A stretch of 64,000 nucleotides of DNA from Candidatus Nealsonbacteria bacterium DGGOD1a (GTDB lineage Bacteria > Patescibacteriota > Minisyncoccia > Minisyncoccales > UBA5738). Shown here in pieces: positions 1 to 9,865 of the stretch. How positions within the stretch are numbered: the first letter of the stretch is position 1; each line of letters opens with the position of its first letter. The stretch lies in assembly GCA_022530585.1 (NCBI GenBank), contig CP092821.1, positions 649,525-713,524 of the forward strand, in the 5' to 3' direction. The notes beneath the pieces are model-generated. The model did no database searches, was not told where the DNA came from, and worked only from the letters and a program-made list of their open reading frames with translations. A program made the translations under genes and the position numbers.

Positions 1-86
1 GTATTCTCCGAAAGGCCTTTTTCAATCTCGCAATAATCAAGAAAATCGGGGATATGGCTTATTATGGTTTTGTTAGATTCGTTCAT
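1..86 (-). CDS. Tyrosine recombinase XerC/XerD-like, N-terminal 28 codons only (gene runs off the left edge)
   Basis: Reverse translation from ATG at 86-84 gives MNESNKTIISHIPDFLDYCEIEKGLSEN, a typical Xer/integrase N-terminus (FL.Y...EKGLS.NT). Absent from the ORF track because it is truncated. Confidence 0.45.
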   Translation of the reverse strand, partial: MNESNKTIISHIPDFLDYCEIEKGLSEN

Positions 87-384
87 TAGAATAAAACAGG
101 GTGAAGTAATTATCGATTGTCATAATAAAAAAATTTATTTAAATTTTCACGATGCAATCAAGTAAAGACTATGAAAATCCATGATCTTTTCAGCGGAGAA
201 GCGCTCCGCCGGACCAAGAGGGGTTTAACCGCGCGATTAGCGGATGAAAACCGTGAAATTCGGCAAAATCCGGGTTTTGGCTTTATTTGGCGCCACAACG
301 CCGCTTAACCTATATTGTGCGACATTGCCCTTGGCTGGTCTTCCGCGCGTGATTTAACATCTTTCGATCCGTAAACGCATTTCC

Positions 385-696
385 CTATTTAATCTTATAA
401 CCAAAAAATCCCGCAAACCAATCACCGACCGCGGGATAATATTCCTCTTTGAATGATTGGCAGATATTCCCCGCGTCGGCTTTTGTCTCTTCAAATTGCC
501 GCGCAGCGTCTCGCGCGATTGCCGGCGCCCGCTTGGCCGTCTCGCCCTGCAAAAAATTCACCGTGCCGTCAATTCCGCCGGCGACGCGATCCATAAATTC
601 ATCGGGTATAAAAACAATACCCAACACCACCAACAGTGCCAACAGCGCCAGTTTAAACGCGCCGAAAATTATTGCTTGAACAAAGTCTGTCCGCAT
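385..696 (-). CDS. Small membrane-anchored hypothetical protein (103 aa)
   Basis: ORF track. One N-terminal hydrophobic helix (AIIFGAFKLALLALLVVLGIVFI). Co-directional with gltX and overlaps its stop. No recognisable family. Confidence 0.45.
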   Translation of the reverse strand: MRTDFVQAIIFGAFKLALLALLVVLGIVFIPDEFMDRVAGGIDGTVNFLQGETAKRAPAIARDAARQFEETKADAGNICQSFKEEYYPAVGDWFAGFFGYKIK

Positions 697-2228
697 ATTG
701 AACCGCCAATAAGTTCTTTGGCGGCGGTTATTCTTGCCATAGTTTTTTCCTTGCCGAGAACATCCGCCATTTCAAACGGACCAATGGACATTTTTTGCCC
801 GCACAAACTAACCCGCAAAGGCCACAACAGATAACCCCGGTCTTTTTCCGGCAATCCGCGCGATAAGTTGAATTCCGCAATTTGCGGCAAAACAACTTGT
901 TCCAATTTTTCCCTTCCCCATTCCCCCGTTTCTATTTTTGAAAACAAATATAATAATTTGTCAAGAGCAAGCTCAATCTCGCTGAAAGATGCTTCTTTCC
1001 ATTTCAGCAAATCTTTTTCGTATTCCAATCCAGACGCGAAAAAATAGCCTGATGATTCCGCGGCTTCGGCAAGTTTTTTCATTCGCGATTGCTGATATAA
1101 AACTATCTTCTTTATGAATTCAAAATCAACCCGCTCCCCTGTTTGCGCGTTTTTATAAACCGAAACGCCATCGTTAATCTCTTCGGCGATAAAGCCGGCT
1201 CCGATAAAATAAGGTACGCAAAGCCGGGCCAATTCATCGATTGATTCCCGGCGGATATATAATCCGTTAAGATAATCCAAGCGAACCGGATTAAACACCG
1301 CTCCCCCTTTCTGCACCTTATCCAGGGAGAAATCCCGCAATAATTCTTCCATCGAGTAAATCTCTTTTTCCGTTCCCGGATTCCATCCCAAAAAAGCGGT
1401 AAAATTTATAAGGGCTTCCTTTAAATAACCCTGGCGGCGGTATTCGGTTATCCCAACCGCGCCATGGCGTTTGGAAAGCTTGCTGCGATCCGCGCCCATA
1501 ATAATTGGCAAATGCGCGTACTCGGGCCGGGCAATCCCCAGCGCCTCCTGAACCAATATCTGCTTGGGAGTGTTGGAAATGTGATCCTCGCCGCGGATCA
1601 CATGGGTAATCCCCATATCAAAATCATCAACCACGACCGTAAAATTATAAAGCGCGTTATCCATATCCTTGGCAATCACAAAATCGCCGGTCAGTCCGGT
1701 ATCGAATTCGATATCGCCCCGCACCAAATCGTTAAATTTTATTTTTTTATTTTCCGCGCGAAACCTGATGACATATTTTTTCCCCCGAGCGATCAAATCG
1801 TTGATTTCACTCTCGGCAAGATGAGCGCATTTCCCCGAATATGCCGGCGCTTCGCCGCGCGACATTTGGTATTGCTTTTGAGCTTCCAGTTCCTCCTGCG
1901 AGCAAAAACAATAATAGGCTTTATTCTCATCCAGCAATTTTCGCAGATAATGTTTATACAACTCCCCTCTTTGCGTTTGATAAAACGGCCCCTCATCCCA
2001 TCCAAGCCCGAGCCATTCCAAACCATCAAGAATATCGTCGGCAAACTCCTTTTTTGAACGCTCTTTATCGGTGTCTTCCATCCGTAAAATAATTGCGCCA
2101 TCGCGCTGTTTGGCAAAAAGATAGTTAAAAAGCGCCATCCTCAAAGTTCCGATATGCATATATCCGGTTGGCGAAGGCGGCATCCTCACCCGCACTGTTT
2201 TTTTTATTTTTTTATTTTCGTCAGCCAT
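669..2228 (-). CDS. gltX: Glutamyl-tRNA synthetase
   Basis: Class I aaRS motifs: PSPTGYMHIGTLR (HIGH) and KLSKRHG (KMSKS). Length 519 aa. Confidence 0.95.
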   Translation of the reverse strand: MADENKKIKKTVRVRMPPSPTGYMHIGTLRMALFNYLFAKQRDGAIILRMEDTDKERSKKEFADDILDGLEWLGLGWDEGPFYQTQRGELYKHYLRKLLDENKAYYCFCSQEELEAQKQYQMSRGEAPAYSGKCAHLAESEINDLIARGKKYVIRFRAENKKIKFNDLVRGDIEFDTGLTGDFVIAKDMDNALYNFTVVVDDFDMGITHVIRGEDHISNTPKQILVQEALGIARPEYAHLPIIMGADRSKLSKRHGAVGITEYRRQGYLKEALINFTAFLGWNPGTEKEIYSMEELLRDFSLDKVQKGGAVFNPVRLDYLNGLYIRRESIDELARLCVPYFIGAGFIAEEINDGVSVYKNAQTGERVDFEFIKKIVLYQQSRMKKLAEAAESSGYFFASGLEYEKDLLKWKEASFSEIELALDKLLYLFSKIETGEWGREKLEQVVLPQIAEFNLSRGLPEKDRGYLLWPLRVSLCGQKMSIGPFEMADVLGKEKTMARITAAKELIGGSICGQTLFKQ

Positions 2229-2261
2229 ATGTTTGATCCATCCTTTGGCGCTTATTTTTTA

Positions 2262-3383
2262 TCACTTATTCGCGAACTTTACAATATAATCCGCGATCGT
2301 TAAAGCGGCGTTTGGACGGGCAAATTGCGCCGCGGCTTCAGACATCGCGGTTAAAGTTTCGGCTGACCCCAAAAGCTCTCGAATTTTTTCCAAAAACAAA
2401 TGGCTGGTAAAATTATTTTCTTCCATAACCAGCGCCGCGCCCGCTCGCGCGTAAGCATAAGCGTTCTTTACCTGATGGTCCTGGGCCGATTCCGGCAAGG
2501 GAATCAGAATGCTGGGTTTTTTTACCGCCGCAATCTCAAACACGCTCCCCGATCCGGCGCGGCTGATAATTAAATCCGCGGCGGCGTAAATGTTGGCAAG
2601 CGCCCGCTCATCGGCAAATCCAAGCGGATGATAATATCCCAAAGCTTCGGACCCGACCGTGATTTTTGATTCCTTCATTATCTGGTTAATGTTTCTTGGC
2701 CCGGTGATATGAATAACTTCGTAAGATTTAAGCAGTTCGGGCATTGCGTCCAAAATCTTGTCATTGATCCTCCGCGCGCCTTGAGACCCGCCAATAATCA
2801 ATATTATCGGACGGTCTCCGATAATCCCCAAAGCTTGAACGGCTTCCTGTTTTGACCCGTCAACCATTTCCCGGCGCACCGGATTGCCGACAAGCGCCAC
2901 CTTACGCGGCGGAAAATTTTCCGTATCGGGAAAAGAAACGAAAATAGCCGCGGCGTATTTTGAAGTTTTTTTGCTTACCAGCCCCGGGACACTGTCTGAT
3001 TCCTGCAGTAAAACCGGAATGCCAAGCATCCAAGCCGAAAACGCCACCGGAAAAGAGCCGTAACCGCCTTTTGAAAAAACCACATCCGGGTTCATTAAAA
3101 AAAGCAAAAAAAATGATTGCAGAACTCCCAAAGGCACTTTAACCAGCGTGTCAATAACATTTTGAATTATGGACAGAGGATCCATATAGCGCCTAATTTT
3201 CCCCGAAAGTATGTGCCGTACCTTCACGCGCTCCCGCGCCAAAACCACATTGCAGAAATTATCCTTCGGGCCGATATAGGAAAGTTGAATATCCGTACCG
3301 TATTTTTTCTTGATCTCGCGGACTATCGCCACGATTGGATAAATATGCCCGCCCGTGCCACCGCCCGTAAAAATTATCTTCAT
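2262..3383 (-). CDS. murG: UDP-GlcNAc:lipid I N-acetylglucosaminyltransferase MurG
   Basis: N-terminal GGGTGGHIYP glycine loop. Length 373 aa. Sits next to ftsW and murD. Confidence 0.93.
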   Translation of the reverse strand: MKIIFTGGGTGGHIYPIVAIVREIKKKYGTDIQLSYIGPKDNFCNVVLARERVKVRHILSGKIRRYMDPLSIIQNVIDTLVKVPLGVLQSFFLLFLMNPDVVFSKGGYGSFPVAFSAWMLGIPVLLQESDSVPGLVSKKTSKYAAAIFVSFPDTENFPPRKVALVGNPVRREMVDGSKQEAVQALGIIGDRPIILIIGGSQGARRINDKILDAMPELLKSYEVIHITGPRNINQIMKESKITVGSEALGYYHPLGFADERALANIYAAADLIISRAGSGSVFEIAAVKKPSILIPLPESAQDHQVKNAYAYARAGAALVMEENNFTSHLFLEKIRELLGSAETLTAMSEAAAQFARPNAALTIADYIVKFANK

Positions 3384-3461
3384 TGGTTTTATGTTAACCC
3401 TTAAGCAAATTATACGCCATTTTAGTCCATTTTAAAATCCCTTCCCTTTCCCTTTGTTTAT

Positions 3462-4583
3462 TTATAAGGAACGGGATTGGCGGGAAATGTTTAAAAGAAG
3501 ACCGGCGGCGGCAAGTTCCACCGCGATCGCCGTCCCGCCATAGCTTATAAACGGCAGCGGAATACCGCTCAACGGAATCAACCCCGTCGTGGAAGAGATA
3601 TTGATCACCGCCTGCAATGTTATCCAAACAATTATCCCGCAAGCCAAAAGATATTCGAATTTATCGTTACTGGCCCGAGCGACAGAAAAACCGCGCCAAG
3701 CAAATAGCACGAACAACCCCACCAATAAAAGACTGCCGGCAAAGCCCAATTCCTGCGCATAGGGCGCGAAAACCGAATCGCCGATAAGCTCGGGCAATAA
3801 AGTATATTTTGACGATGATGAACCCAACCCCTGCCCAAAAACACCGCCCGACCCCACAATAATCAGCGCCTGGTTGGCCTGAAAATTTTTTCCCAACGGA
3901 TCCGACTCCGGAGAAAGCCACGATGAAAGCCGATCAAGGCGGTAAGGCTCGGAATAGACCAAAACCAAAAGCGCCAACACGCCGACGCCAACCATCAAAA
4001 AAGTATGGCGCAACGGGGTGCCCGAAAGAAAATACATGGCAAACGCGGTCACAACCACAATGCCAAAAGTACTTAGATCGGGCTGCTTGAGCAACAAGAA
4101 ACCAACCAAACCGATAACAAGCAAAAAAGCTCCCAATGTATTGCTAAAATCGGTTTTGGAATTTTTGCGTCCGGCGATCCGCGAAGACAGCCAACTGGCA
4201 AGATACACGATAAAAACCAATTTCAACACTTCCGATGGCTGGATCGAAGCGAATCCAAGATGAATCCAGCGTTGCGCTCCGCCGGCAGAAAATCCAAAAC
4301 CCGGCACAAAAACCAAAATTAGAAGAGAAACCGCGGCCAAAAGAAACAATGGGGCGAATTTGCGCACCAAGCCCAAAGGTATCTTATAAGCCAAAAATCC
4401 CAAAAAAAAGCCCGGAAGTATCCCCATCATCGCTTGATGCTTGATTAAATAATAACTGTAATGGAATTTGGATTGCGCCAACATCGCTGACGCGCTGGAC
4501 AATATCAAAATACCCAAAACCATCATAGTTATGATTACCGCCAACAAAACAAAATCCGGGTTTTTCGGCTGTTCTTTGGTCAT
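3462..4583 (-). CDS. ftsW: SEDS-family peptidoglycan polymerase FtsW/RodA
   Basis: About 10 TM segments, SEVLKL and PLPFISYGGT motifs. 4-nt overlap with murD. Confidence 0.9.
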   Translation of the reverse strand: MTKEQPKNPDFVLLAVIITMMVLGILILSSASAMLAQSKFHYSYYLIKHQAMMGILPGFFLGFLAYKIPLGLVRKFAPLFLLAAVSLLILVFVPGFGFSAGGAQRWIHLGFASIQPSEVLKLVFIVYLASWLSSRIAGRKNSKTDFSNTLGAFLLVIGLVGFLLLKQPDLSTFGIVVVTAFAMYFLSGTPLRHTFLMVGVGVLALLVLVYSEPYRLDRLSSWLSPESDPLGKNFQANQALIIVGSGGVFGQGLGSSSSKYTLLPELIGDSVFAPYAQELGFAGSLLLVGLFVLFAWRGFSVARASNDKFEYLLACGIIVWITLQAVINISSTTGLIPLSGIPLPFISYGGTAIAVELAAAGLLLNISRQSRSL

Positions 4584-5926
4584 TTCGGTTTATTGATCTT
4601 AGCCAAGCTCTGCTTGAATTTATCGCCGCGGTCGGCGTAATCTTTGAATCCGTTAAAACTTGCCGAAGCCGCGGAAAGCAAGCAAATCCGGCCCGGACCG
4701 GTTCGGGCGATCGCCAGATCAACCGCTTTATCCATATTATCGGTGAAATAATGGCCGATTTGAGCCAATCTTTCGTTCTCGCCCAGAACTAACGCTTTTT
4801 TTTCGATTTCCCGCCATATTCTCTGGCCGGTAACGGGAAAAAGAATCAGTGTATTAATTTTTCCCTTAAGAACCGCCTCGGCTAATTTTTCAAAAGGCTG
4901 GCCGCGATCAAATCCGCCGGCGATCAGCGTCTCCACCCGATCTCCCAATCCCTGAATCGCGGCCACCGCGCTTTCCTGAATCGTCGATAAAGAATCATTG
5001 TAACAATCGATACCGAAAAAATTTCCGATAAATTCCAGCCGGTTATCAAGAGGTTCGAATTCCGCGATCGCGGCGTTAATATCGTTATCGCCAACACCGA
5101 TAATTCTCCCGATTATCGCGCCGACTTTGGCATTTTCCAAATTGAATTTGCCAATCAATTTGGTTTTACCGGCATAATTCCAGCTATATTCATTAAAAGC
5201 GATTTTTCGCGCCAACGATTCGCTTGCGATCGATTTAACTTCAAGATTGCCGGAATCATAAATCAAACAATCTTCTTTTGATTGATGAATAGCTATATTC
5301 GCTTTTGAGCGAATATATTCTCTAAAGTTATTGTAATAATCCAAATGCTCTTGATATATATTTAAAATGACCGCGATATGCGGACTTTTCTTTAAATTAT
5401 ACAATTGATGCGCCGATAACTCGCAAACAAATATGCTTTCCTTGTCCGCTCCATCAAGATAAGAAAGCATTGGCGTACCGATATTCCCCAATAATTGGAC
5501 TTTGGCACCCCCTCTTTTGAGAATCGCGCAAGTTATCGATGAGGTTGTACTCTTGCCCTTGGTACCGGTTATTCCGACAATAGTCCCCGGGCACAAGTTA
5601 AAAAAAATTTCCGTTTGAGATGTAATCTTGCCCCGCGCGTATGCTTGTTCTATTTCCGGAAGATGAATTGGAATACCTGGAGTTTTTACGACCACATCGT
5701 AACTCTCCAAACTCAAAAGATAATTCTCGCCTAAAAAAGTTTTTATATCGGGATTTTTCGCGATCAAGTTTTTTGCCGGTTCGCTCAAATTATCCATATT
5801 GGAGCTATCCGCGATTCCAATCTCGTTTTTCGGACAGTTGTCTAAAAAGAACCTAAGACTATCCACCCCTTCCCGGCCCAATCCTAAAATCAATATTTTT
5901 TTACCATTATATATGCTTAAATCCAT
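4580..5926 (-). CDS. murD: UDP-MurNAc-L-Ala:glutamate ligase (MurD; possibly the L-Glu-adding MurD2 type)
   Basis: Mur ligase P-loop GITGTKGKSTTS, N-terminal Rossmann GLGREG. Length 448 aa. Confidence 0.9.
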   Translation of the reverse strand: MDLSIYNGKKILILGLGREGVDSLRFFLDNCPKNEIGIADSSNMDNLSEPAKNLIAKNPDIKTFLGENYLLSLESYDVVVKTPGIPIHLPEIEQAYARGKITSQTEIFFNLCPGTIVGITGTKGKSTTSSITCAILKRGGAKVQLLGNIGTPMLSYLDGADKESIFVCELSAHQLYNLKKSPHIAVILNIYQEHLDYYNNFREYIRSKANIAIHQSKEDCLIYDSGNLEVKSIASESLARKIAFNEYSWNYAGKTKLIGKFNLENAKVGAIIGRIIGVGDNDINAAIAEFEPLDNRLEFIGNFFGIDCYNDSLSTIQESAVAAIQGLGDRVETLIAGGFDRGQPFEKLAEAVLKGKINTLILFPVTGQRIWREIEKKALVLGENERLAQIGHYFTDNMDKAVDLAIARTGPGRICLLSAASASFNGFKDYADRGDKFKQSLAKINKPK

Positions 5927-6345
5927 ATTTTCATTTTGTATTTTAACATCAAAAAAACATTTCGGAAAAGCCGTTTTAAACCAAATCTAAGGAGAGATAC
6001 CGGCCCGCTCCCCTTAATTGTCTTGAAATTGATTTCAAAACAATTAACGGAAGCGTTCCGCAGAGCTCTCCTTAACATGCTCGGGTGCTTTCGCATCCTT
6101 GCCGATGAGATAATTTCTAAAATAATTTTGGCTCCGGCAATCATTCCCTGAAATTGCCTTTCCTTTTGTTGCGGAAAAGCAACTTCATCCAAACAATTAT
6201 CTTTCTTTCAAAAATTATTTAGAAACCGCGAATTATTAATGTACTGTACTGCCGTTACCTTTTTATTTTACCTTACCGCGACAAACTGTCAAACAGAGTT
6301 ATCCACAATATATGGCTCCGCCGAAGGCGCGGCCGATTCAATGGA

Positions 6346-7716
6346 TTACTCCAAAACGGCTCTTTCCACGGCTGGGACTAACGATTCCGGTATGTTGTGC
6401 GATCCGTTCCACGACGAAATAATTTTTTTTGATTGCGATTCAAGTCTTGGATATTTGGGTAAAATATTTTTTTCAAAATAAGCCAAAAGACAAGGCTTGG
6501 CGCCTTCGGTGTTTGAAAGCGACAAATAAAACGCGGCCAATGTTTCATTCGCCGTACCGACACATTCAAAAGGCTTGCAACCCGATTGGCCGCAAAGCTG
6601 AAGCATTACCGGCAACAATTCCGAGTCTTCAAAAAGATTTTTACCGAAGATTTTTTCCGCCGCGAATTTGCCGATAAAAGGATACAACATCGCAAATATA
6701 GACAAACACTTGGAGCAGCGGCCGCACCATCCGAAATCTTGGCCGTTTTCGCGCGCGGAAATCGTGAATGGCTTGTTGCAACTTAAAAAACTCTGCCGAT
6801 ATTCCGGATAACGGGAAAATATCTTGGAAATTTGAATTTCGTAAAGCGGGCGCAAAAAACTGAAGTATTCAATATTTTTTGCCAGATATTTTTTGGAATA
6901 AGCGCGGAATTTATTCTCAAAAGCGAATGATTTCGAATACTGATGGTTCACTTCCCGGCCCAGATATTCAACATTCCCCTCGCTGGAACTGCGTTCCTGC
7001 GATATCGCGACATATTTATAACCATAAAGCGCGGCCAAGCCGACTCCCAGCGCCGCCAAGATCGATGAAAACGGCGTGTGGCCGTTTAGATATCCTTGCC
7101 CGTTCAATTCAACCAGTTTCGGGTCGATGCGCCTTTCCACAAAAATGTTTTTTGCGCCGGATACCGCGATCACTTTTTTTAAAGCCGCGTTCGCGTTTAA
7201 AGTAAATGTTTCGATTTCTTTATTTTTGGCGCGAAGCAATTCCAAGGTAACCAGCGAATCTTTGCCGCCGCCCATCGGCACCAAGTATCGACCGGAAAAT
7301 CGTTTTTGAATCGGCGCGATTTTCTGTTTTTGCGCGACAACTTCAAATTCAGGCTTTAAAAACGGCAATTCATTTTCATAAAAAAACTGGCCCATATTAA
7401 AAATCAAATCCTGCCAAAACTTTATTTGTCCCTTATCCATATAGCCGGCCTTAACGACAATCTTTGGCGGACAAGCCGCTTTCCAATAACTGGGAATCTC
7501 CGCCAAACCTATATTGAAAATCAAATTCGAAATTTCCGATTTCCCGATTTTTTCAATTTGCGCCAAGTTGACCTTGCGGATAATTATACCGGGGTTGAAT
7601 TTTATATTTCCCATCGTAAAAGAAAAATTGGCGGTCAAATCACCGCCTCCAATCTCCCAATTGTAGCTTTCATAGATAAATTTCGGATATTTTTCTTGCA
7701 ATAATTCCAATTCCAT
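6346..7716 (-). CDS. PP-loop (GGGKDS) ATP-pyrophosphatase-like protein; candidate MurL (UDP-MurNAc-L-Ala-L-Glu epimerase)
   Basis: ORF track 6346..7755. I prefer the ATG at 7716 (MELELLQEKYPKF), which avoids overlapping mraY. Has a PMGGGKDSLVTLELL PP-loop-like motif and a Cys cluster (WCGRCSKC). Located between mraY and murD. The MurL call rests on context only. Confidence 0.6.
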   Translation of the reverse strand: MELELLQEKYPKFIYESYNWEIGGGDLTANFSFTMGNIKFNPGIIIRKVNLAQIEKIGKSEISNLIFNIGLAEIPSYWKAACPPKIVVKAGYMDKGQIKFWQDLIFNMGQFFYENELPFLKPEFEVVAQKQKIAPIQKRFSGRYLVPMGGGKDSLVTLELLRAKNKEIETFTLNANAALKKVIAVSGAKNIFVERRIDPKLVELNGQGYLNGHTPFSSILAALGVGLAALYGYKYVAISQERSSSEGNVEYLGREVNHQYSKSFAFENKFRAYSKKYLAKNIEYFSFLRPLYEIQISKIFSRYPEYRQSFLSCNKPFTISARENGQDFGWCGRCSKCLSIFAMLYPFIGKFAAEKIFGKNLFEDSELLPVMLQLCGQSGCKPFECVGTANETLAAFYLSLSNTEGAKPCLLAYFEKNILPKYPRLESQSKKIISSWNGSHNIPESLVPAVERAVLE

Positions 7717-7726
7717 TTTTTTATGA

Positions 7727-8836
7727 TTACCCCACCAAACGAATGGCCACGCCAAGAGCCGCGAAAATTATGCCCAATATCCAGAAACGCATCGTTACTT
7801 GGTGCGCCGGCCAGCCAATCGCCTCAAAATGATGGTGAATCGGCGTTGACAGCCAAATTTTTTTCCTGAATATTTTCTTGGAAATCAGCTGGATTATCAC
7901 CGAACCGGCCTCCATTACCAATAAGCCGGCAATTATCGGCAAAACTATCACCGAATCGGTAAGAAACGCGACTACGGTCATTGTCGAGGTAAGTCCCAAA
8001 ACTCCGGTTTCCGCCATATAAAATTTTGCCGGCGGAATATTGAACCACAAAAAAGCGAACAAAGCGCCGCAAATAATGGCGCAAAAAGTGGCCAAGTCGG
8101 CTTTTCCTTGGGAAAACGCGATTAACGCAAACGCGGCGAAAATAGACGCGAAAGCTCCGCCCGCCAAACCATCCAGTCCGTCAATCACCCCGCCGGCCCA
8201 CGATGCCAGCATTACCGCCACGAATAACGGTATATAAAATATGCCGACAGGAACATCAAGGCCGGCCGGAAAATTAAGAAAAAGCGGGATATGCATCGTA
8301 GTGTAGCCCAATTTGTAATAGAACCACCAACCGCCGGTCAAGCCGATCAAAGCAACGATCATCAAGCGCCGTTTGAAACTGATTCCGCCGCCGACATATT
8401 TTCCGCCGCCGTAAACCGTGAGCGCGTCGTCAAACAAACCCACCAATGATCCGGCGACAAGAGTAAACAGCGGCAGCCAAACCTCGCGCCGAGTAAAAAA
8501 ATCAAGCAACGAGAACCACCAAGGATGCGTTATGCCCAAATTCACCCAAATCTGATCAGGAATACTTGTGATTCCCCACACCGAAAGGGTCACCGCCAGG
8601 ACCGACAGCCAAATCAACAAACCGCCGCCGCGCGGCACCGTCGTTTCGCGCAGTTTATGAAGCGATAAAAAGACCGAAGCTTCCTCGCCGGTTATGGTTT
8701 TGTTGCGGGCATTTTTTTTCCAAAATTTAACGCGATTCAAAAAACGGATCAGGTAGGGCGCGGCTAAAAAAGCGACAACCGAAGTCAGCGCGGTAAAGGC
8801 AAGCATTCGTATGATATTAAAAGTGAATAAAGTCAT
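7727..8836 (-). CDS. mraY: Phospho-MurNAc-pentapeptide translocase MraY
   Basis: Polytopic membrane protein with FDDALTV and PIHHHFE motifs. Length 369 aa. Confidence 0.94.
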   Translation of the reverse strand: MTLFTFNIIRMLAFTALTSVVAFLAAPYLIRFLNRVKFWKKNARNKTITGEEASVFLSLHKLRETTVPRGGGLLIWLSVLAVTLSVWGITSIPDQIWVNLGITHPWWFSLLDFFTRREVWLPLFTLVAGSLVGLFDDALTVYGGGKYVGGGISFKRRLMIVALIGLTGGWWFYYKLGYTTMHIPLFLNFPAGLDVPVGIFYIPLFVAVMLASWAGGVIDGLDGLAGGAFASIFAAFALIAFSQGKADLATFCAIICGALFAFLWFNIPPAKFYMAETGVLGLTSTMTVVAFLTDSVIVLPIIAGLLVMEAGSVIIQLISKKIFRKKIWLSTPIHHHFEAIGWPAHQVTMRFWILGIIFAALGVAIRLVG

Positions 8837-8846
8837 AACGGCCCGG

Positions 8847-9851
8847 CTAATTATCGTTATTGTTGGCGAAATTGATTAACTTTTGCATCTCCGCAACGCG
8901 CGTCTCCGGCGAAGTCGAACCAAGCAATATATTTATGTATCGTTGATTTTTTTGATTTTCGACAATCAAAACCATGCATCCCCCGGCTTTCTCGGTATAA
9001 CCGGTCTTGCCGCCAATCAACGATTGGCCGTCCCATAATTTAATATTAAAAATACCATTCTCGGTAAGATACATATCGGACCGGATCGTAAAATAGAAAA
9101 TTTCCCGATGATTTTCAAGTATGTATTTCACTAAAATTATCAGGTCGGCGGCGCTGGAATGGTTGGTATTCCCGTCATCCATATCCAATCCGTTCGAATT
9201 GTAGAACACCGTATCCTCAAGTCCAAGCGATTGCGCCTTTTTATTCATCGCGGCGATAAACTCGTCATTCCCCATAACTTCCGATAAAGCATAGGCTGCG
9301 TCATTGCTTGAATAAAAAAGCATCAAATTTAAAAGCCGTCGGACGGTATAAGTTTCCCGCGCCTGTAAATTCCCGAATACCGGCACATCATTCTGGGCGG
9401 CCGCGGCCTCGCTGACCATAATCTGCCTATCCAAAACATACGGATTCGGATTTTCAAACACAACCGCCGCGGTCATCAATTTGGTCAATGACGCGATCGG
9501 CAGAACCTCGTCGGCGTTCTTCTTGAATATTGTTTTTTCGCGGCCGGTGGCGCCGATCCTTAACGAAACCGACGCTTTGGCATCAAGATATAAATTCGGC
9601 GCCGCTTTTTTCTCCGGCATAAAAAAATCCATCTGGCCGATCGGCGCCGACGCTTGCGCGTATAAATAATTTTCCAAACTTGACTGTCCGTCATTGATCG
9701 CGGCGCATGCCAATCCGCCGGCCAATCCGGCAACAATAAAAATCAACAGTCTTTCCGCAACCTCCGACACGCTTCCACGATTGTCTTTTCGGTTCCGCAG
9801 TTTTAATTCCGGCAGAGGTGCCGGAGAAGGTTTTATCATTTTTGATTTCAT
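8847..9851 (-). CDS. Serine-type D-Ala-D-Ala carboxypeptidase (peptidase S11, low-MW PBP)
   Basis: SxxK (ASLTKLMT), SxN (SSNDAA) and KTG (KTGYT) motifs, plus an N-terminal membrane anchor. Confidence 0.85.
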   Translation of the reverse strand: MKSKMIKPSPAPLPELKLRNRKDNRGSVSEVAERLLIFIVAGLAGGLACAAINDGQSSLENYLYAQASAPIGQMDFFMPEKKAAPNLYLDAKASVSLRIGATGREKTIFKKNADEVLPIASLTKLMTAAVVFENPNPYVLDRQIMVSEAAAAQNDVPVFGNLQARETYTVRRLLNLMLFYSSNDAAYALSEVMGNDEFIAAMNKKAQSLGLEDTVFYNSNGLDMDDGNTNHSSAADLIILVKYILENHREIFYFTIRSDMYLTENGIFNIKLWDGQSLIGGKTGYTEKAGGCMVLIVENQKNQRYINILLGSTSPETRVAEMQKLINFANNNDN

Positions 9852-9865
9852 CGCTCGATTTCCAA

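Noticed and set aside
186-360. GC-rich structured segment whose minus strand contains GGAAGACCAGCCAAGGGCA, reminiscent of the SRP RNA helix-8 3' side (GGAAGCAGCCAAGG)
   Set aside because: The flanking sequence does not pair to close a GNRA tetraloop or form the symmetric and asymmetric loops of SRP RNA. I also found no match to tmRNA, RNase P or 6S hallmarks. Left unexplained; cmscan would settle it.
5917-6192. 91-aa ORF (and 6239-6481, 80 aa) within the murD-upstream gap
   Set aside because: One overlaps the murD start and the other overlaps the end of the PP-loop gene. Their basic, low-complexity sequences look non-genic, and the region is better described by its RNA-like helices.
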